NCBI GenBank assembly: GCA_031372565.1
Contig: JANMLN010000165.1
Coordinates: 1-64,000, forward strand
Length of the DNA stretch: 64,000 bases
Source of the DNA: Gemmatimonadota bacterium
GTDB taxonomy: Bacteria; Gemmatimonadota; Gemmatimonadetes; Gemmatimonadales; Gemmatimonadaceae
Direction of reading: 5' to 3'
Below the pieces are notes generated by a model. It was not told where the DNA came from, searched no databases, and worked only from the letters and a program-made list of their open reading frames with translations. A program made the position numbers and the translations under genes. Below, one piece after another: positions 38,342 to 49,014 of the stretch (positions are counted from its first letter, which is position 1; each line of letters begins with the position of its first letter).

Positions 38342-39946
38342 ATGACTCTTCGTCGCGGTGCGCTCCTGGTCGCCGGTCTCGCCGCGCTCGCGCTCCCGTC
38401 GCGCGCAGTGCGCGCGCAGGATCCCGGGACTATCGAAGTCGGGGTGTTTGGAAAGTACGAGCGCTTTGATGGTGGCATCCCGTTCAGCAATCGCTCGCAG
38501 CTCGGATACGGTGGGCGGTTGGGCCTCTACGTTGCACAGAATCTTGCCGTCGAATTCACCGGGGCGCGTACAACGGGTGATGGCGACGAGCTGAGCTACT
38601 CGACGACGGGCTTGCTCGTCTATCACGTGCCGGCCGGGGAGAACCTCGACGTGCACATTGGCGCTGGCTACCTCATTCACAAGCACGGCATCTATGGCGT
38701 GAACGGTAGCTACTCGTACCTCGGCGGTATCTCGGCGGCCGGCCGCGCGCAGAACGTCGCGTGGGATCTGGGCGCTCGTGGCATCCTTGGCATCAACTGG
38801 AAGTGGACGGAGCGCGTTGGTGCCCGCATCGATGGCACGTTCGGCTTCGTTCCCTACCCGAAGGATCGCCTCGGACAGAAGGCCAACGGCATCGACGTGA
38901 ATTTGGGCCTTGAAGGCGGCCTGTTCTTGACGATGGGCGGCTCGAAGGACACCGATGGTGACGGCGTCTCGGACAAGAACGACAAGTGCGCCAACACCCC
39001 GACGGGCGTGAAGGTGGACGATGCCGGTTGCCCGGTCGACACCGACAAGGACAGCGTGGCGGATTACCTCGACAAGTGTCCGGGCACGCCCGCCGGCGCC
39101 AAGGTCGACAGCAATGGCTGCCCGGTCGACACCGATCGCGACGGCGTCGCTGACTACATGGACAAGTGCGCGAACACGCCCGCTGGCGCCAAGGTTGACG
39201 CCGCCGGTTGCCCGATCGACACGGACAAGGACGGTGTCGCGGACTACATGGACAAGTGCCCGAACACCCCCGCTGGCGTGAAGGTCGACGGCGCTGGCTG
39301 CCCGGTCGACACCGACAGGGACGGCGTGGCGGATTACCTCGACAAGTGCCCGAACACGGTCCCCGGCACCAAGGTGGACGCGAACGGCTGCTCGATCGAC
39401 AGTGACTCGGATGGCGTGGCGGATTCGGACGACAAGTGCGCGAATACCCCGCGCGGTATGGTCGTGAACAAGACGGGCGCCAACGCCGGCTGTGTGGTCG
39501 ACACCGATGGCGACGGCGTGACTGACGACAAGGACAAGTGTGCCAACACGGCGGCCGGCAGCAAGGTCGATGCGGTGGGCTGCACGGTCCTGTTCGAAGC
39601 CGGCAAGAAGAGCCTGACGCTCCAGGGCGTGACCTTCGAGAACGCCAAGGCGGCGCTGCTCGCCGAGTCGTACGGCGCGCTGGACAAGGTCGCGGAAAGC
39701 CTCGTGGCCAACCCGGACGTCAAGATCGCCGTCGAGGGCTTCACGGATAACCGCGGCAGTGCCGTGGCCAACCGCAAGCTCTCGCAGGCCCGCGCTGATG
39801 CGGTTCGCAACTACCTGATCAGCAAGGGAGTCTCGGCCGAGAACGTGACCGCCAAGGGCTTCGGCCCGGTCAGGCCGACTGCCCCGAACACGACCGAGGC
39901 TGGTCGTGCGCAGAACCGCCGCGTCGAGATCCGCCGCACCAACTAG
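38342..39946 (+). CDS. OmpA-family protein: N-terminal beta-barrel, TSP3 repeats, C-terminal peptidoglycan-binding domain
   Basis: GGAGG SD, signal peptide, D.D.DGV.D..DKC repeats, EGFTD..G....N..LSQARA..V, GRAQNRRVEI. Confidence 0.93.
   Translation: MTLRRGALLVAGLAALALPSRAVRAQDPGTIEVGVFGKYERFDGGIPFSNRSQLGYGGRLGLYVAQNLAVEFTGARTTGDGDELSYSTTGLLVYHVPAGENLDVHIGAGYLIHKHGIYGVNGSYSYLGGISAAGRAQNVAWDLGARGILGINWKWTERVGARIDGTFGFVPYPKDRLGQKANGIDVNLGLEGGLFLTMGGSKDTDGDGVSDKNDKCANTPTGVKVDDAGCPVDTDKDSVADYLDKCPGTPAGAKVDSNGCPVDTDRDGVADYMDKCANTPAGAKVDAAGCPIDTDKDGVADYMDKCPNTPAGVKVDGAGCPVDTDRDGVADYLDKCPNTVPGTKVDANGCSIDSDSDGVADSDDKCANTPRGMVVNKTGANAGCVVDTDGDGVTDDKDKCANTAAGSKVDAVGCTVLFEAGKKSLTLQGVTFENAKAALLAESYGALDKVAESLVANPDVKIAVEGFTDNRGSAVANRKLSQARADAVRNYLISKGVSAENVTAKGFGPVRPTAPNTTEAGRAQNRRVEIRRTN
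38948..39589 (+). repeat. Seven thrombospondin type-3-like coding repeats of about 90 bp
   Basis: DTD(K/R)DGVADY(L/M)DKCPNTPAG.KVD..GCP(V/I) units with a 90-bp period; the sixth has a 4-aa insertion. Confidence 0.92.
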
Positions 39947-39975
39947 GCGTAACTCACGCAGCACCGTACGAGGCG

Positions 39976-40009
39976 AGCGCCTCCGTCACCTTCGGGTGGC
40001 GGAGGCGTT
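39976..40009 (+). terminator. Stem-loop with C(UUCG)G tetraloop after the OmpA gene
   Basis: AGCGCCTCCGTCACC-TTCG-GGTGGCGGAGGCGTT; weak U tract. Confidence 0.6.
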
Positions 40010-40071
40010 CGGCCGTTCGGGGGGATTAGCTTTCGTCATTCGCCGGTGATCCCACTGACCGGCGCTCCCAC

Positions 40072-41037
40072 ATGGCCAAGTACAAGACTCCGACCCTCGC
40101 CCACCGGGCCCAGTACCTCGCGCTACGCTCGCTGATCGGGGCGCTCCGGCTTGTCGGCTGGAACACCGCCGCTGCGGTCGGAGAGTGGGTCGGCCGACTG
40201 GGCTACGCGCCGCTCGGCATACGGCGAGCCCTCGTGGAAGACGCGCTGCGGCGCTGCTTCCCCGCCTTTACGGAAGACCGGGTGCGCGCTGTTGCGCGTG
40301 CCAGCTATGGGCATCTGGGACGCGTGACGATCGAGGCGGCGCTCCTCTCGGGTGGGCCCGAGGAGGTGTTCCAACGGTTCGAACCGTGCCCGGATTGGCC
40401 GGTCGTCGAAGCCGCACTCGCCGAAGGCAGAGGCATCTGCATGGTGACGGGCCACTTCGGCAACTGGGAGCTGGCGGGCTCCTACGTTGGCGCGCGCCTC
40501 ACCGCGATGGGTTCAGGGCTCGAGGCGATCGTGCGCTCACAATCGAACCCACTGTTTGAGCGTTACATCAACCGCACGCGTGAACGGCTCGGCATGATGG
40601 TCATTCCAGATGCCGAGGCGGTCCGACGGACGCCACGGGCGCTGAAGTCGGGCCGGGCCGTGGCCTTCGTGATGGACCAGGGGGTGATCGGGCTTGCGTC
40701 GACCTTCGTGCCGTTCTTCGGTCGACTGGCCAAGACGCCGCGGGGGCCCGCCGTCTTCGCGCTGCGCTTCCACTCGCCCGTGGTCTTCGCCGCGGCCATC
40801 CGTCAGCCCGACGGGAAGTACCGACTGCGCCTCGAGCGCGTACCCGTGACCCCCACGGGCGATCGGGACTACGATGTCGACATGATCGTGCACGACTACA
40901 CGGCGACGCTCGAGCGATTCATTCGCGAGACTCCCGAGCAGTACTTCTGGCAGCACCGACGCTGGAAGCACGCGCCACCCGAAGGGACTGTGTGGCCTCC
41001 CGTGCGCACCGGCGGAACAGGAGCGATCGCCGGCTGA
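40072..41037 (+). CDS. Lipid A late acyltransferase (LpxL/HtrB family)
   Basis: GHFGNWE, NP, DQ, VPFFG.LA.T..GPA, PEQYFWQHRRWK. Confidence 0.9.
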   Translation: MAKYKTPTLAHRAQYLALRSLIGALRLVGWNTAAAVGEWVGRLGYAPLGIRRALVEDALRRCFPAFTEDRVRAVARASYGHLGRVTIEAALLSGGPEEVFQRFEPCPDWPVVEAALAEGRGICMVTGHFGNWELAGSYVGARLTAMGSGLEAIVRSQSNPLFERYINRTRERLGMMVIPDAEAVRRTPRALKSGRAVAFVMDQGVIGLASTFVPFFGRLAKTPRGPAVFALRFHSPVVFAAAIRQPDGKYRLRLERVPVTPTGDRDYDVDMIVHDYTATLERFIRETPEQYFWQHRRWKHAPPEGTVWPPVRTGGTGAIAG

Positions 41038-41101
41038 GGCAGCGCCATGATGGAGAGTGGGCGGATCGGGCGTCGCGTGCGCCTTCAGGCCCGAGCCGCG
41101 A

Positions 41102-42103
41102 TCAGCGTGTCCACGCAGCCACCCGTCCTCGCACATCCTCGACGGAAATTGCGTTGATCGACAACGTCGCTGGCTCGCGCGGCGGCTCGGGTGCGGTCAC
41201 CACCTCCGCACGCGCACCGAGTGGATGCCAGCGGCCGAGGAGCGGATTCGACCGGGCGGGATACAGCCCGAGCGCAGGGACGCCGAGGGCGCACGCGATG
41301 TGCAGCGGACCGGTCGAGGCCGCAACGAGACCGTCACTCGCGCGAGTGAACGACAGCAGCTCCGCGAGCCCGAGGCCCGTGGCGTCTTCCACGTGGGCGG
41401 GCAGCGTCGCGAGCCACGGTGCCAGCGTGCGTCCCTCATCGGCCGTTCCGGTCACGAAGCAGCGAAACCGATCCGACGGCAATGCCTCCGCGAGCGCCTT
41501 CCAGTGCTCAAGCGGCCACGGCGGCACGGTGCCGCCGGTGAGCGGCTGGAACAGCACGTTGAGGCGATCGGGGCGGAGCCGAGCGGCCAGCTGGCTCGCC
41601 ATCGGGGCGGTGCGCGTGAGGCCGATGTACGGAACGAGTCCGGACAGCGCGATGTCGGTGCCGCCGAGCAGTGGCGCAGCGAGCTTCACGTTGAGCTGGG
41701 CCTCGTGCAACGCCGAGCGCTTGCGGCTGACATTGACGCGCTCGGTGCAGGTGAGCCAGTGAAACCAGCGGCGCGCGGTGCCGATGCGGCGCGGAATGCG
41801 CGCGTCCTTGGCTGCCGCTGCCACCTCGCGGCGGGGAAAGACGTGCAGGATGGTGTCGGCGCCTGTTGCCGCCAGCAGCTGCGCGCGGTCGTCGTCCGAC
41901 GCATCGTGATGGTCCGGCCACTCGATCACTCCCTGCACATGCGCCGACGCCTCGACAATCGGGCGAGCATACCGGCGCACCAACATGATGAGCTCGACGT
42001 CGGGCCAGCGCTCGCGGAGCAGCCCCAGCAGCGGTAGGGTCAGCACGACATCGCCCAGCCGGTCGGTGCGACTGACGATGAGGCGACGCGGTGATGAGGG
42101 CAT
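41102..42103 (-). CDS. Glycosyltransferase family 9 (heptosyltransferase-like)
   Basis: SRTDRLGDVVLTLP, WP.E.W..L, ASTGPLHIACALG.P. Confidence 0.9.
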   Translation of the reverse strand: MPSSPRRLIVSRTDRLGDVVLTLPLLGLLRERWPDVELIMLVRRYARPIVEASAHVQGVIEWPDHHDASDDDRAQLLAATGADTILHVFPRREVAAAAKDARIPRRIGTARRWFHWLTCTERVNVSRKRSALHEAQLNVKLAAPLLGGTDIALSGLVPYIGLTRTAPMASQLAARLRPDRLNVLFQPLTGGTVPPWPLEHWKALAEALPSDRFRCFVTGTADEGRTLAPWLATLPAHVEDATGLGLAELLSFTRASDGLVAASTGPLHIACALGVPALGLYPARSNPLLGRWHPLGARAEVVTAPEPPREPATLSINAISVEDVRGRVAAWTR

Positions 42104-42184
42104 GGAACGGTGGTGAGGGTGCCACGGCACGCGAGACGGGGGCAACTTACGTCATTCCGACGGCGTCTCCCAACCCTCGTGTAC

Positions 42185-43315
42185 GTGGCCAGTCTCAAGC
42201 GGCGCTTCTATTCGGCGCTCTTTCCGCTCTACCGGCTGATGTGGCCGACGCGCGTCGCACGCGGGGCGTATCTGTCGCGCACCGCCAAGCGTGTCCTCGT
42301 GGTGCGGAACGACCGCTTGGGCGACATGATCCTGACCACTCCCGTGTTCGATCTGCTGCACGCCTTGGCGCCCGGGGTGGAAGTCGACGTACTGGCATCG
42401 CCCAGGAACGCAACGCTCCTTGAAGGCGATGAGCGCGTGAGCCGCGTGCTGGTCGATGATGGCACGTGGAGCAGCCTCTGGCGACTGCGACCACAGCTCC
42501 GCGCGCGCCAGTACGACGCGGTCTTCAGCCTGATTCCGGGACGTTCCATTCGTGGGGGATGGACCGCAGCCGCGGCAGCGCACACGCACACGCACCGGGT
42601 GAGTACATGGCGCCCCAAACGATATCACGGCTTCTTCACGCGGGTGGTGCGGTTGCCGCATTCCCTGATGAGCGCCCACGTCGCGCGCCAGATGAGCTAT
42701 GTCGTGCGCGCCGCATTCGGACCCGTCGGCCAGGACAACGCCGAGGCGAGCGCACTGGAGGCGCCCGTTCGGCTGCATGTGCCCGACGCGGCCCGCCGTC
42801 TGGTCGAGCAGTTCCTCACCGCCAATGCGATCGAGCGATTCGTCGCGGTGAACCTGCGCAGCGCCGCCGCGGCTCGTTCGTGGAGCGCCACCGAGGCCAT
42901 GACGACGCTCACCCGTTTGCTGGCGATGTATCCGACGCTCCACGCGGTGCTCGTACCGAGCCCGGCAGACGCTGCGGAGGCGGATGAGGTGCGGGTCGCC
43001 GTGCGATCAGCACGGGTGCTGGTGTTCGATCCGCAGGCGCCGCTGCTCACGTTGGCGGCACTCGTGGAGCGTGCCGCGGTGATGATCACTCCCGACACGA
43101 TGACGCTGCATCTGGCGGTGGCCACCGGGCGCCCCGTGCTGTCGCTGCATACCACGACGGACGGCAACGTCCCCGATCTCTGGAAGGCCGTCGGCGTGCC
43201 GTCGCGCGCGCTGGTTGCGCCGTGTGGGCGCCCCGTGAGTGCCATCGATGCGACGGTCGTCATCGAGGGATTCGCGCAGTTGGTCCGCGATGCCGGTATC
43301 CGGCTGGACGATTGA
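42185..43315 (+). CDS. Glycosyltransferase family 9
   Basis: VLVVRNDRLGDMILTTP, ITPDT..LHLA.A.G.P; start inferred at GTG. Confidence 0.88.
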   Translation: MASLKRRFYSALFPLYRLMWPTRVARGAYLSRTAKRVLVVRNDRLGDMILTTPVFDLLHALAPGVEVDVLASPRNATLLEGDERVSRVLVDDGTWSSLWRLRPQLRARQYDAVFSLIPGRSIRGGWTAAAAAHTHTHRVSTWRPKRYHGFFTRVVRLPHSLMSAHVARQMSYVVRAAFGPVGQDNAEASALEAPVRLHVPDAARRLVEQFLTANAIERFVAVNLRSAAAARSWSATEAMTTLTRLLAMYPTLHAVLVPSPADAAEADEVRVAVRSARVLVFDPQAPLLTLAALVERAAVMITPDTMTLHLAVATGRPVLSLHTTTDGNVPDLWKAVGVPSRALVAPCGRPVSAIDATVVIEGFAQLVRDAGIRLDD

Positions 43316-43341
43316 AGCCGCGTGCTTCGCGGCGCGCAGGG

Positions 43342-44328
43342 CTACGCTGACGATCGGGATGGCCAGAACGCAGCGAGCCGTCGCCGCAACGCGGTGAGCT
43401 GCTTCCGGTAGCGCAGGCGCTTGAGGATCCCCTTGGGGCGGCGCACGCGGGCGAGCAGGACGCGATTGGCGATGCGCGTGGGCGAGGGGGGCGTGCCGGC
43501 ATCGGCCGCGTCGGCGTAGGCCTCGAGCATGGCGAGGTTCGCGTCGCGCTCGTGCGGCATCGGGACGTCGGGGCCGTGCTTCTGCAGAAAGTAGGCGCGG
43601 TTGCGGGTGGCGAGTTGGCGCTTGGCGTCGTTCATGCGGCCGAAGGTCCCGCCGCCCTCGTGATACACGAAGGCGTGATCGGCAATGAGCAGATCGAAAC
43701 CCGCTGTGCGCGCCCGCAGCGAGTAGTCGAAGTCCTCGTAGTAGCCCGGGATGAACTGTTCGTCGAGTCCGCCCAGCTGATCGTAGACCCCGCGTCGCAT
43801 GGCGATGCAACAGAAGTCGAGGCGATAGGCCGGGAGACATGCCGCGCCGCCATCGGATGCGTTCGCATAGGCGAGCCCGCGCTCGATCACCGCCTCGGTC
43901 GCGAGTCCGGGTTCGACGTGGATCTGCTGCGCGTTGCCGGCAAAGTTGGTGACGGGCGCGATGAGCCCCGCCGATGGATTGGCATCCAACGCGGCGGCTA
44001 GTCGCGCGACGGTACCGACCGGCACGATGATGTCGCTCGAGACGAGGACGAACAGATCGCCCGTCGCGAGCGCCAGGCAGGCGTTCATGCCGCCGGGATA
44101 GCCGCGGTTCACCGGCAGGTGATGCAACCGGATGCGCGGGTAGCGCTCCTGCGCGGCGATGAAGGCAGCGCGGTTGGCCTCGTCGGACGCATTGTCGACG
44201 ACGATCACCTCCCACTGGGCGGCGTCGGGGTCGGCGTAGAGGCTCGCGAGCGCCTTGCCGACGGTGTCGTCGAACCGGTTGTATCCGAGCACCAACACGC
44301 TGACGCGGGGACGGGGCGAGCGGCTCAT
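43342..44328 (-). CDS. Glycosyltransferase family 2
   Basis: VSVLVLGYN, EVIVVDNASD, NRGY.GG.N, GGLDE.F..GYYEDFDYSLR, VYHEGG.TF. Confidence 0.9.
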   Translation of the reverse strand: MSRSPRPRVSVLVLGYNRFDDTVGKALASLYADPDAAQWEVIVVDNASDEANRAAFIAAQERYPRIRLHHLPVNRGYPGGMNACLALATGDLFVLVSSDIIVPVGTVARLAAALDANPSAGLIAPVTNFAGNAQQIHVEPGLATEAVIERGLAYANASDGGAACLPAYRLDFCCIAMRRGVYDQLGGLDEQFIPGYYEDFDYSLRARTAGFDLLIADHAFVYHEGGGTFGRMNDAKRQLATRNRAYFLQKHGPDVPMPHERDANLAMLEAYADAADAGTPPSPTRIANRVLLARVRRPKGILKRLRYRKQLTALRRRLAAFWPSRSSA

Positions 44329-44332
44329 CGCG

Positions 44333-45310
44333 CTACGCAGTCGCGCTCAGGAGGACACAGATCCAGTCACCACGCAGCTCGCGGTTGAGTGCCTGGGCCT
44401 GCATCTCGTACTCGGCGCGCTGGGCCGGGGTGAACAGTCCGCCGCGCTTGCTTCGCGCAAAGCTCTGCGGGTCCATCAGCGGCATGTCACGACGGTACTG
44501 CTCGCTTCCCATGAACGACATGGCCGTGGAGTCGCACCAGAGGCGATCAACCTGCAAACCAGCGCGTTCGGCGGCAATCCGGATGCTCGCGTGCGAATGC
44601 AGGCAGAAATGGCGCGGTGCATCGAGATTGACCCAGTCGGTGCCGTAGTGCTCGAACGCCCACGAGGAGACGCTCGGGACACGTACCAACAGACGTCCAC
44701 GGGGTGCAAGGCGTGCCCGTGCGTGCGTGAGGGTCGCGACCTGGTCGGGGACGTGCTCGAGCGCGTGATGAAAGGTGATCAGGTCGAAGGCGCCGGTCAT
44801 CTGCGCGAGGTCCTGCTTGTGCACGAGCACGCGCCCCTCGTCCGCGATGTCGGCCGTGATGAACGGGTCGAGCCCGACGGCGCCGGCAACGCCGGCATCG
44901 CGCAGCGCGAGCACATGTTCACCGGAGCCGGTGCCCACGTCGAGAATGCGATCGGTCGTGCGAATGCCGATCTCGCGGTACAGATGCAGCAGGCCATCAC
45001 GGGGAAACGCCGACCGCAGGAGCTTGGCGACGGGGGCCGGAGCGCCGAGAATGGGGCGTCGCTTGAGCCGTCGACGAAAGCGCTTGAACGCGTCGGGTGG
45101 CTTGACGGCGAAGCTGTAGTAGTCGCTCGGGTAGAAGCGGCCGACGTCCGTCGGGACCACCGCGATCTGCACGCAGCCGCAGGCGGCGCACTGCTCGTAC
45201 GCAAAGTGCTCGCGCGTGCCGAACATCATCTCGCGCACGTCGAGCGTGCGGGCGACGGCGCCGCCGCAGATGCGGCAGACGGGAGGTGACTCGCGTGACG
45301 GCGCGCTCAT
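44333..45310 (-). CDS. Class I SAM-dependent methyltransferase
   Basis: CRICG..CAACG, YPSDYY, ILDVGTGSG, FDLITF.H.LEHV, LDAPRH; ATGA coupling. Confidence 0.88.
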   Translation of the reverse strand: MSAPSRESPPVCRICGGAVARTLDVREMMFGTREHFAYEQCAACGCVQIAVVPTDVGRFYPSDYYSFAVKPPDAFKRFRRRLKRRPILGAPAPVAKLLRSAFPRDGLLHLYREIGIRTTDRILDVGTGSGEHVLALRDAGVAGAVGLDPFITADIADEGRVLVHKQDLAQMTGAFDLITFHHALEHVPDQVATLTHARARLAPRGRLLVRVPSVSSWAFEHYGTDWVNLDAPRHFCLHSHASIRIAAERAGLQVDRLWCDSTAMSFMGSEQYRRDMPLMDPQSFARSKRGGLFTPAQRAEYEMQAQALNRELRGDWICVLLSATA

Positions 45311-46176
45311 GCCAGCTCCGGGTACGTCGTACGCACGTACTCGGCGAGTGCCTCGCGCCACGGACGCATCGTGACGCCCAGCGCGCGGGCGCGCGTGTTG
45401 GCGAGCGCGGAATATCGCGGGCGGCGCATGGCACCCGAACGCGCACCACGATCCACGGGGATGACCGTGCCTCGCGCGTGCACGAGCTGGAACACCGCCT
45501 GTGCGAGTTCGGACCAGGCGCACGCTCCCTCATTCACGAGATGATACGTGCCCGCCGCCGTGCCGGGCGCAGCGAGCAGCTGCCAGACGGCCAGCGCCAG
45601 ATCGTGCGTGGAGGTCGGGGAGACGACCTGTTCACTGGCCATCTCGAGATCCTGCCCAGTCCGCGCATCGGCCACGCGGCTGTCGACAAAGTTGCCGCCC
45701 TTGGCGCGCGCCCCCGCGCTGCCATACAGGCCGCAGGTGCGGATGATGAACGCCTGATCAGGCGCGGCCGCCCGGGCCGCGTGTTCGCCTGCGACGCGCG
45801 TCATGCCGTACACCTGCAATGGCGCGGGCACGGCGTCCTCGGCGTATGGCACCACGTGATCGCCACCGAACACGTAATCGGAGCTGAAGGTGACCAGGCG
45901 CGTGTGTCGTTCAGCGCAGGCAGTCGCGAGGTCGCGCACGGCGACGGCATTCACGCGGAAGGCCAGCTCCGGTTCGGTCTCGCAGAGCGGCACGTTGTGA
46001 AAGGCGGCGCAGTTGATCACCACCTCGGGGCGCTCCGCGGCGATGGCGCCGCGGATCGAGGCTTCATCGGTGATGTCCAGTTGGTCGCGGGCGGGCGCAA
46101 CGATCTCGTGCGCCGAGCCGGTGCGCCGCAGGTCGGTGCCGAGCTGCCCGGATGCGCCGATGAGGAGCACCTTCAT
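45307..46176 (-). CDS. rfbD: NDP-4-dehydro-6-deoxyhexose reductase (RmlD/RfbD family)
   Basis: GASGQLG, INCAA, SSDYVF.G, P.P..VYG (YGMTR instead of YxxxK), SPT, RP.YS.L. Confidence 0.85.
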   Translation of the reverse strand: MKVLLIGASGQLGTDLRRTGSAHEIVAPARDQLDITDEASIRGAIAAERPEVVINCAAFHNVPLCETEPELAFRVNAVAVRDLATACAERHTRLVTFSSDYVFGGDHVVPYAEDAVPAPLQVYGMTRVAGEHAARAAAPDQAFIIRTCGLYGSAGARAKGGNFVDSRVADARTGQDLEMASEQVVSPTSTHDLALAVWQLLAAPGTAAGTYHLVNEGACAWSELAQAVFQLVHARGTVIPVDRGARSGAMRRPRYSALANTRARALGVTMRPWREALAEYVRTTYPELA

Positions 46177-46709
46177 GGCGTATTGGCCAGCAGCGGATAG
46201 CTCCGGTCGCGCTCGGTCACGATCGGATCGGCGATCGGCCATGCAATGCCGACGCGTGGATCATCGAAGCGCAGGCCACGTCCCGACGGGCCGTGATACG
46301 GGACGGACATCTGGTAGAACACTTCGGTGTCGTCGGACAGCACCTGAAAACCATGCGCGAACCCGACGGGAATGAAGAGCGCGCGGTGATTGGCCGCCGT
46401 GAGCTCGACGGCGGTCCACTGCCACTGCGTGGAAGAGTCCGGTCGGATGTCGACAATCACGTCGTAGATGGCGCCCGCGGTGCAGCGCACGAGCTTGGCT
46501 TCGCCGTGCGGATCGGCCTGATAGTGCATGCCGCGGAGGATACCCCGCCGCCGGTTGAAGGAGACGTTGCACTGTGCGACCCGCGGGTCGAGCCCCTGCG
46601 CGATGAACTCCTCGACCGCGAAGGATCGGGCGAAGAAGCCGCGCTCATCCTCGATGCGTTCCAGGTCGATCACCGCGGCGCCGGCGAGCGGCGTGGGGGT
46701 CACGATCAC
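46173..46709 (-). CDS. rfbC: NDP-4-dehydro-6-deoxyhexose 3,5-epimerase (RmlC/RfbC family)
   Basis: DERGFF, Q.N.S....G.LRGMHYQ, KLVRC..G.IYDV.VDIR, GFAHGFQ.L. Confidence 0.9.
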   Translation of the reverse strand: MIVTPTPLAGAAVIDLERIEDERGFFARSFAVEEFIAQGLDPRVAQCNVSFNRRRGILRGMHYQADPHGEAKLVRCTAGAIYDVIVDIRPDSSTQWQWTAVELTAANHRALFIPVGFAHGFQVLSDDTEVFYQMSVPYHGPSGRGLRFDDPRVGIAWPIADPIVTERDRSYPLLANTP

Positions 46710-47947
46710 GGGAGCACGCGGACGCGGGGAATGGGCACGACGAACTGTCCGCCCCACCCGTGAATGTGCGCCATCTGCTCCATGACTTCCGCGGCGATGT
46801 TCCACGGGAGGATGAGCACATAGTCCGGCTTGGTGACCGCGAGCTGATCCGGCGCATGAATGGGCAGGTGCGTGCCCGGGAGAAAGCGGCCCTGCTTGTG
46901 CGGGCTGCGATCCACCACGTAGTCGAGGAAATCGGCGCGGATGCCGCAGTAGTTGAGCAGGGTGTTGCCCTTGGCAGCGGCGCCGTAACCCGCGATATGC
47001 TTGCCGGCGCGCTTGGCCTCGACGAGGAACGACAGCAACGCGCGCTTGGTCTCCTTCACCTGTTCGTCGAAGGCACCGTAGGCGGCCAGGCTGTCGAGTC
47101 CCGCGGCACGTTCGCGCGCATCGAGCGCGACCACGCGGTCGGTGACCGGGCGCGTGTGATCGGCCGCGTGCCGCGCATGGATGCGCAGCGATCCGCCGTG
47201 TGTGCGCACCTCCTCGACGTCGAATATCTCGAGGCCATGACGCGCGAACGCCGTGCGCACCGCGAGCAGCGAGAGGTACGAGAAGTGCTCGTGGTAGATC
47301 GTGTCGAACTGGTTCTCCGCCATCAGGCGGAGCAGGTGCGGGAACTCCATGTTGATCGTGCCGGAGGGGGCGAGCAGCACGGCGAGCCCGGCAATGAAGT
47401 CGTTCAGGTCCGGCACGTGCGCCAGCACGTTGTTGCCGATGAGCAAGTGGGCGCGCGTTCCCGCCGCGACCAGCTCCTGCGCCGTCTGCAGGCCGAAGAA
47501 CTTGACGACGCTGCGGATCCCCTTGGCCTCGGCGTGCTTCGCCACGTTGGCCGCGGGCTCGATGCCGAGCACGGGGATCGATTGACGGTGGAAGAACTGC
47601 AGGAGATAGCCATCGTTGCTCGCGATCTCGACCACCTGCGAGGTGGCGTCGAGCCCGAGGCGCGTGATCGCTCCCTCGGCGTAGGCCTCGCAGTGGGCGA
47701 GCCAGCTGTCGGACATCGACGAGAAGTACGCGTACTCACTGAAGATCTCGTCGGGACTCTGGAACTGCTCGAGTTGCACCAGGAAGCATTGTCCGCAGAC
47801 CCACGCGTGCAGCGGGTAGAACGCCTCCGCCTGATCGAGCGCATCGGCCGAGAGGTATGCGTTCGACGGTGGCGACATGCCAAGGTCGCAGAAGGTCGTG
47901 TGCAGCGACGCACCGCAGGAGCGACATGAGCGAGCGTGCGTGGTCAC
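46706..47947 (-). CDS. NDP-hexose C-methyltransferase (C3-methyltransferase family)
   Basis: CRSCG..DLG..P.SN, C..C.LVQL, EIASNDGYLL, FDTIYHEH.SY, HGGSLR, YGAAAKGNT, KQG..LPG. Confidence 0.9.
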   Translation of the reverse strand: MTTHARSCRSCGASLHTTFCDLGMSPPSNAYLSADALDQAEAFYPLHAWVCGQCFLVQLEQFQSPDEIFSEYAYFSSMSDSWLAHCEAYAEGAITRLGLDATSQVVEIASNDGYLLQFFHRQSIPVLGIEPAANVAKHAEAKGIRSVVKFFGLQTAQELVAAGTRAHLLIGNNVLAHVPDLNDFIAGLAVLLAPSGTINMEFPHLLRLMAENQFDTIYHEHFSYLSLLAVRTAFARHGLEIFDVEEVRTHGGSLRIHARHAADHTRPVTDRVVALDARERAAGLDSLAAYGAFDEQVKETKRALLSFLVEAKRAGKHIAGYGAAAKGNTLLNYCGIRADFLDYVVDRSPHKQGRFLPGTHLPIHAPDQLAVTKPDYVLILPWNIAAEVMEQMAHIHGWGGQFVVPIPRVRVLP

Positions 47948-49014
47948 GAGCGGGCGGTGAAGGCGTGAAGTTGCTCGAGCGTCACCGCGCGCATGTCGGC
48001 GCCCCGGGCGTGCTCGCGATACCAGTGCACGGTCCAATCAAGGGCCGTGGCCAAATCGAGCTGCGGGCGCCACGCGAGCCGCGTGCGCGCCTTGGTGATG
48101 TCCAGCGACAGGAAGGTGGTCTCATGCGGATGCTCCCCGGGTTCGACGCTCCAGGTTGCGCCGCTGCCCCATTGTGCGGTCACCCGGTCGGCGATCCAGG
48201 CCACCGGGCGCGCATCTGCGTGCTCGGGGCCGAAGTTCCACGCCTCGCTGAATGCCGCCGGATCGGTGGCGAGCTGTTCAGCGAGCGTCAGGTAGCCCGC
48301 GAGCGGTTCGACCACATGCTGCCAGGGACGCACTGCGGTGGGGCGGCGGATCTGGACCGGCGCGCCCGCGCTCAAGGTGCGCATCAGGTCGGGCAGCAGG
48401 CGATCCTCCGCCCAGTCACCACCGCCGATCACGTTGCCGGCGCGCGCGGTGGCGATGCCGACCGCGCCACCACTCCGCGCGGCACCAAAGAACGATTGCC
48501 GATAGGACGCGACCACCACCTCCGCCGCGGCCTTCGATGCGCTGTATGGATCGTGGCCGCCCAGCGTGTCGGACTCGGTGTAGCCGCGTTCCCGTTCGCG
48601 GTTCTCGTAGACCTTGTCGGTGGTCACGATGACCATCGCGCGCAGCGAGGGCAGGGTGCGCGCCGCCTCGAGCAGGTGCACGGTCCCCATGACGTTGGTG
48701 CCGAACGTCGTCACCGGCTCGCGATACGACGCGCGCACCAATGGCTGGGCCGCCAGATGCAGCACGATCTCCGGGTCGGCGGCGCGCATGGCGCGAGCGA
48801 GCGCCGCTTCGTCGCGCACATCACCGATAGTCGACGTGATGCCATCGGCCACACGCGCCACGTCAAACAGCGCGGGCGTCGTGGCCGGTGCCAGCGCGTA
48901 CCCTGACACATGCGCGCCGAGCGCGCCGAGCCAGAGGGTCAGCCAACTGCCCTTGAAGCCGGTGTGGCCGGTGACGAACACACGCCGACCCTGCCAGAAG
49001 GCGCGATCGCTCAC
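47944..49014 (-). CDS. rfbG: CDP-glucose 4,6-dehydratase
   Basis: [58 protein letters not shown]. Confidence 0.95.
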   Translation of the reverse strand: MSDRAFWQGRRVFVTGHTGFKGSWLTLWLGALGAHVSGYALAPATTPALFDVARVADGITSTIGDVRDEAALARAMRAADPEIVLHLAAQPLVRASYREPVTTFGTNVMGTVHLLEAARTLPSLRAMVIVTTDKVYENRERERGYTESDTLGGHDPYSASKAAAEVVVASYRQSFFGAARSGGAVGIATARAGNVIGGGDWAEDRLLPDLMRTLSAGAPVQIRRPTAVRPWQHVVEPLAGYLTLAEQLATDPAAFSEAWNFGPEHADARPVAWIADRVTAQWGSGATWSVEPGEHPHETTFLSLDITKARTRLAWRPQLDLATALDWTVHWYREHARGADMRAVTLEQLHAFTARS

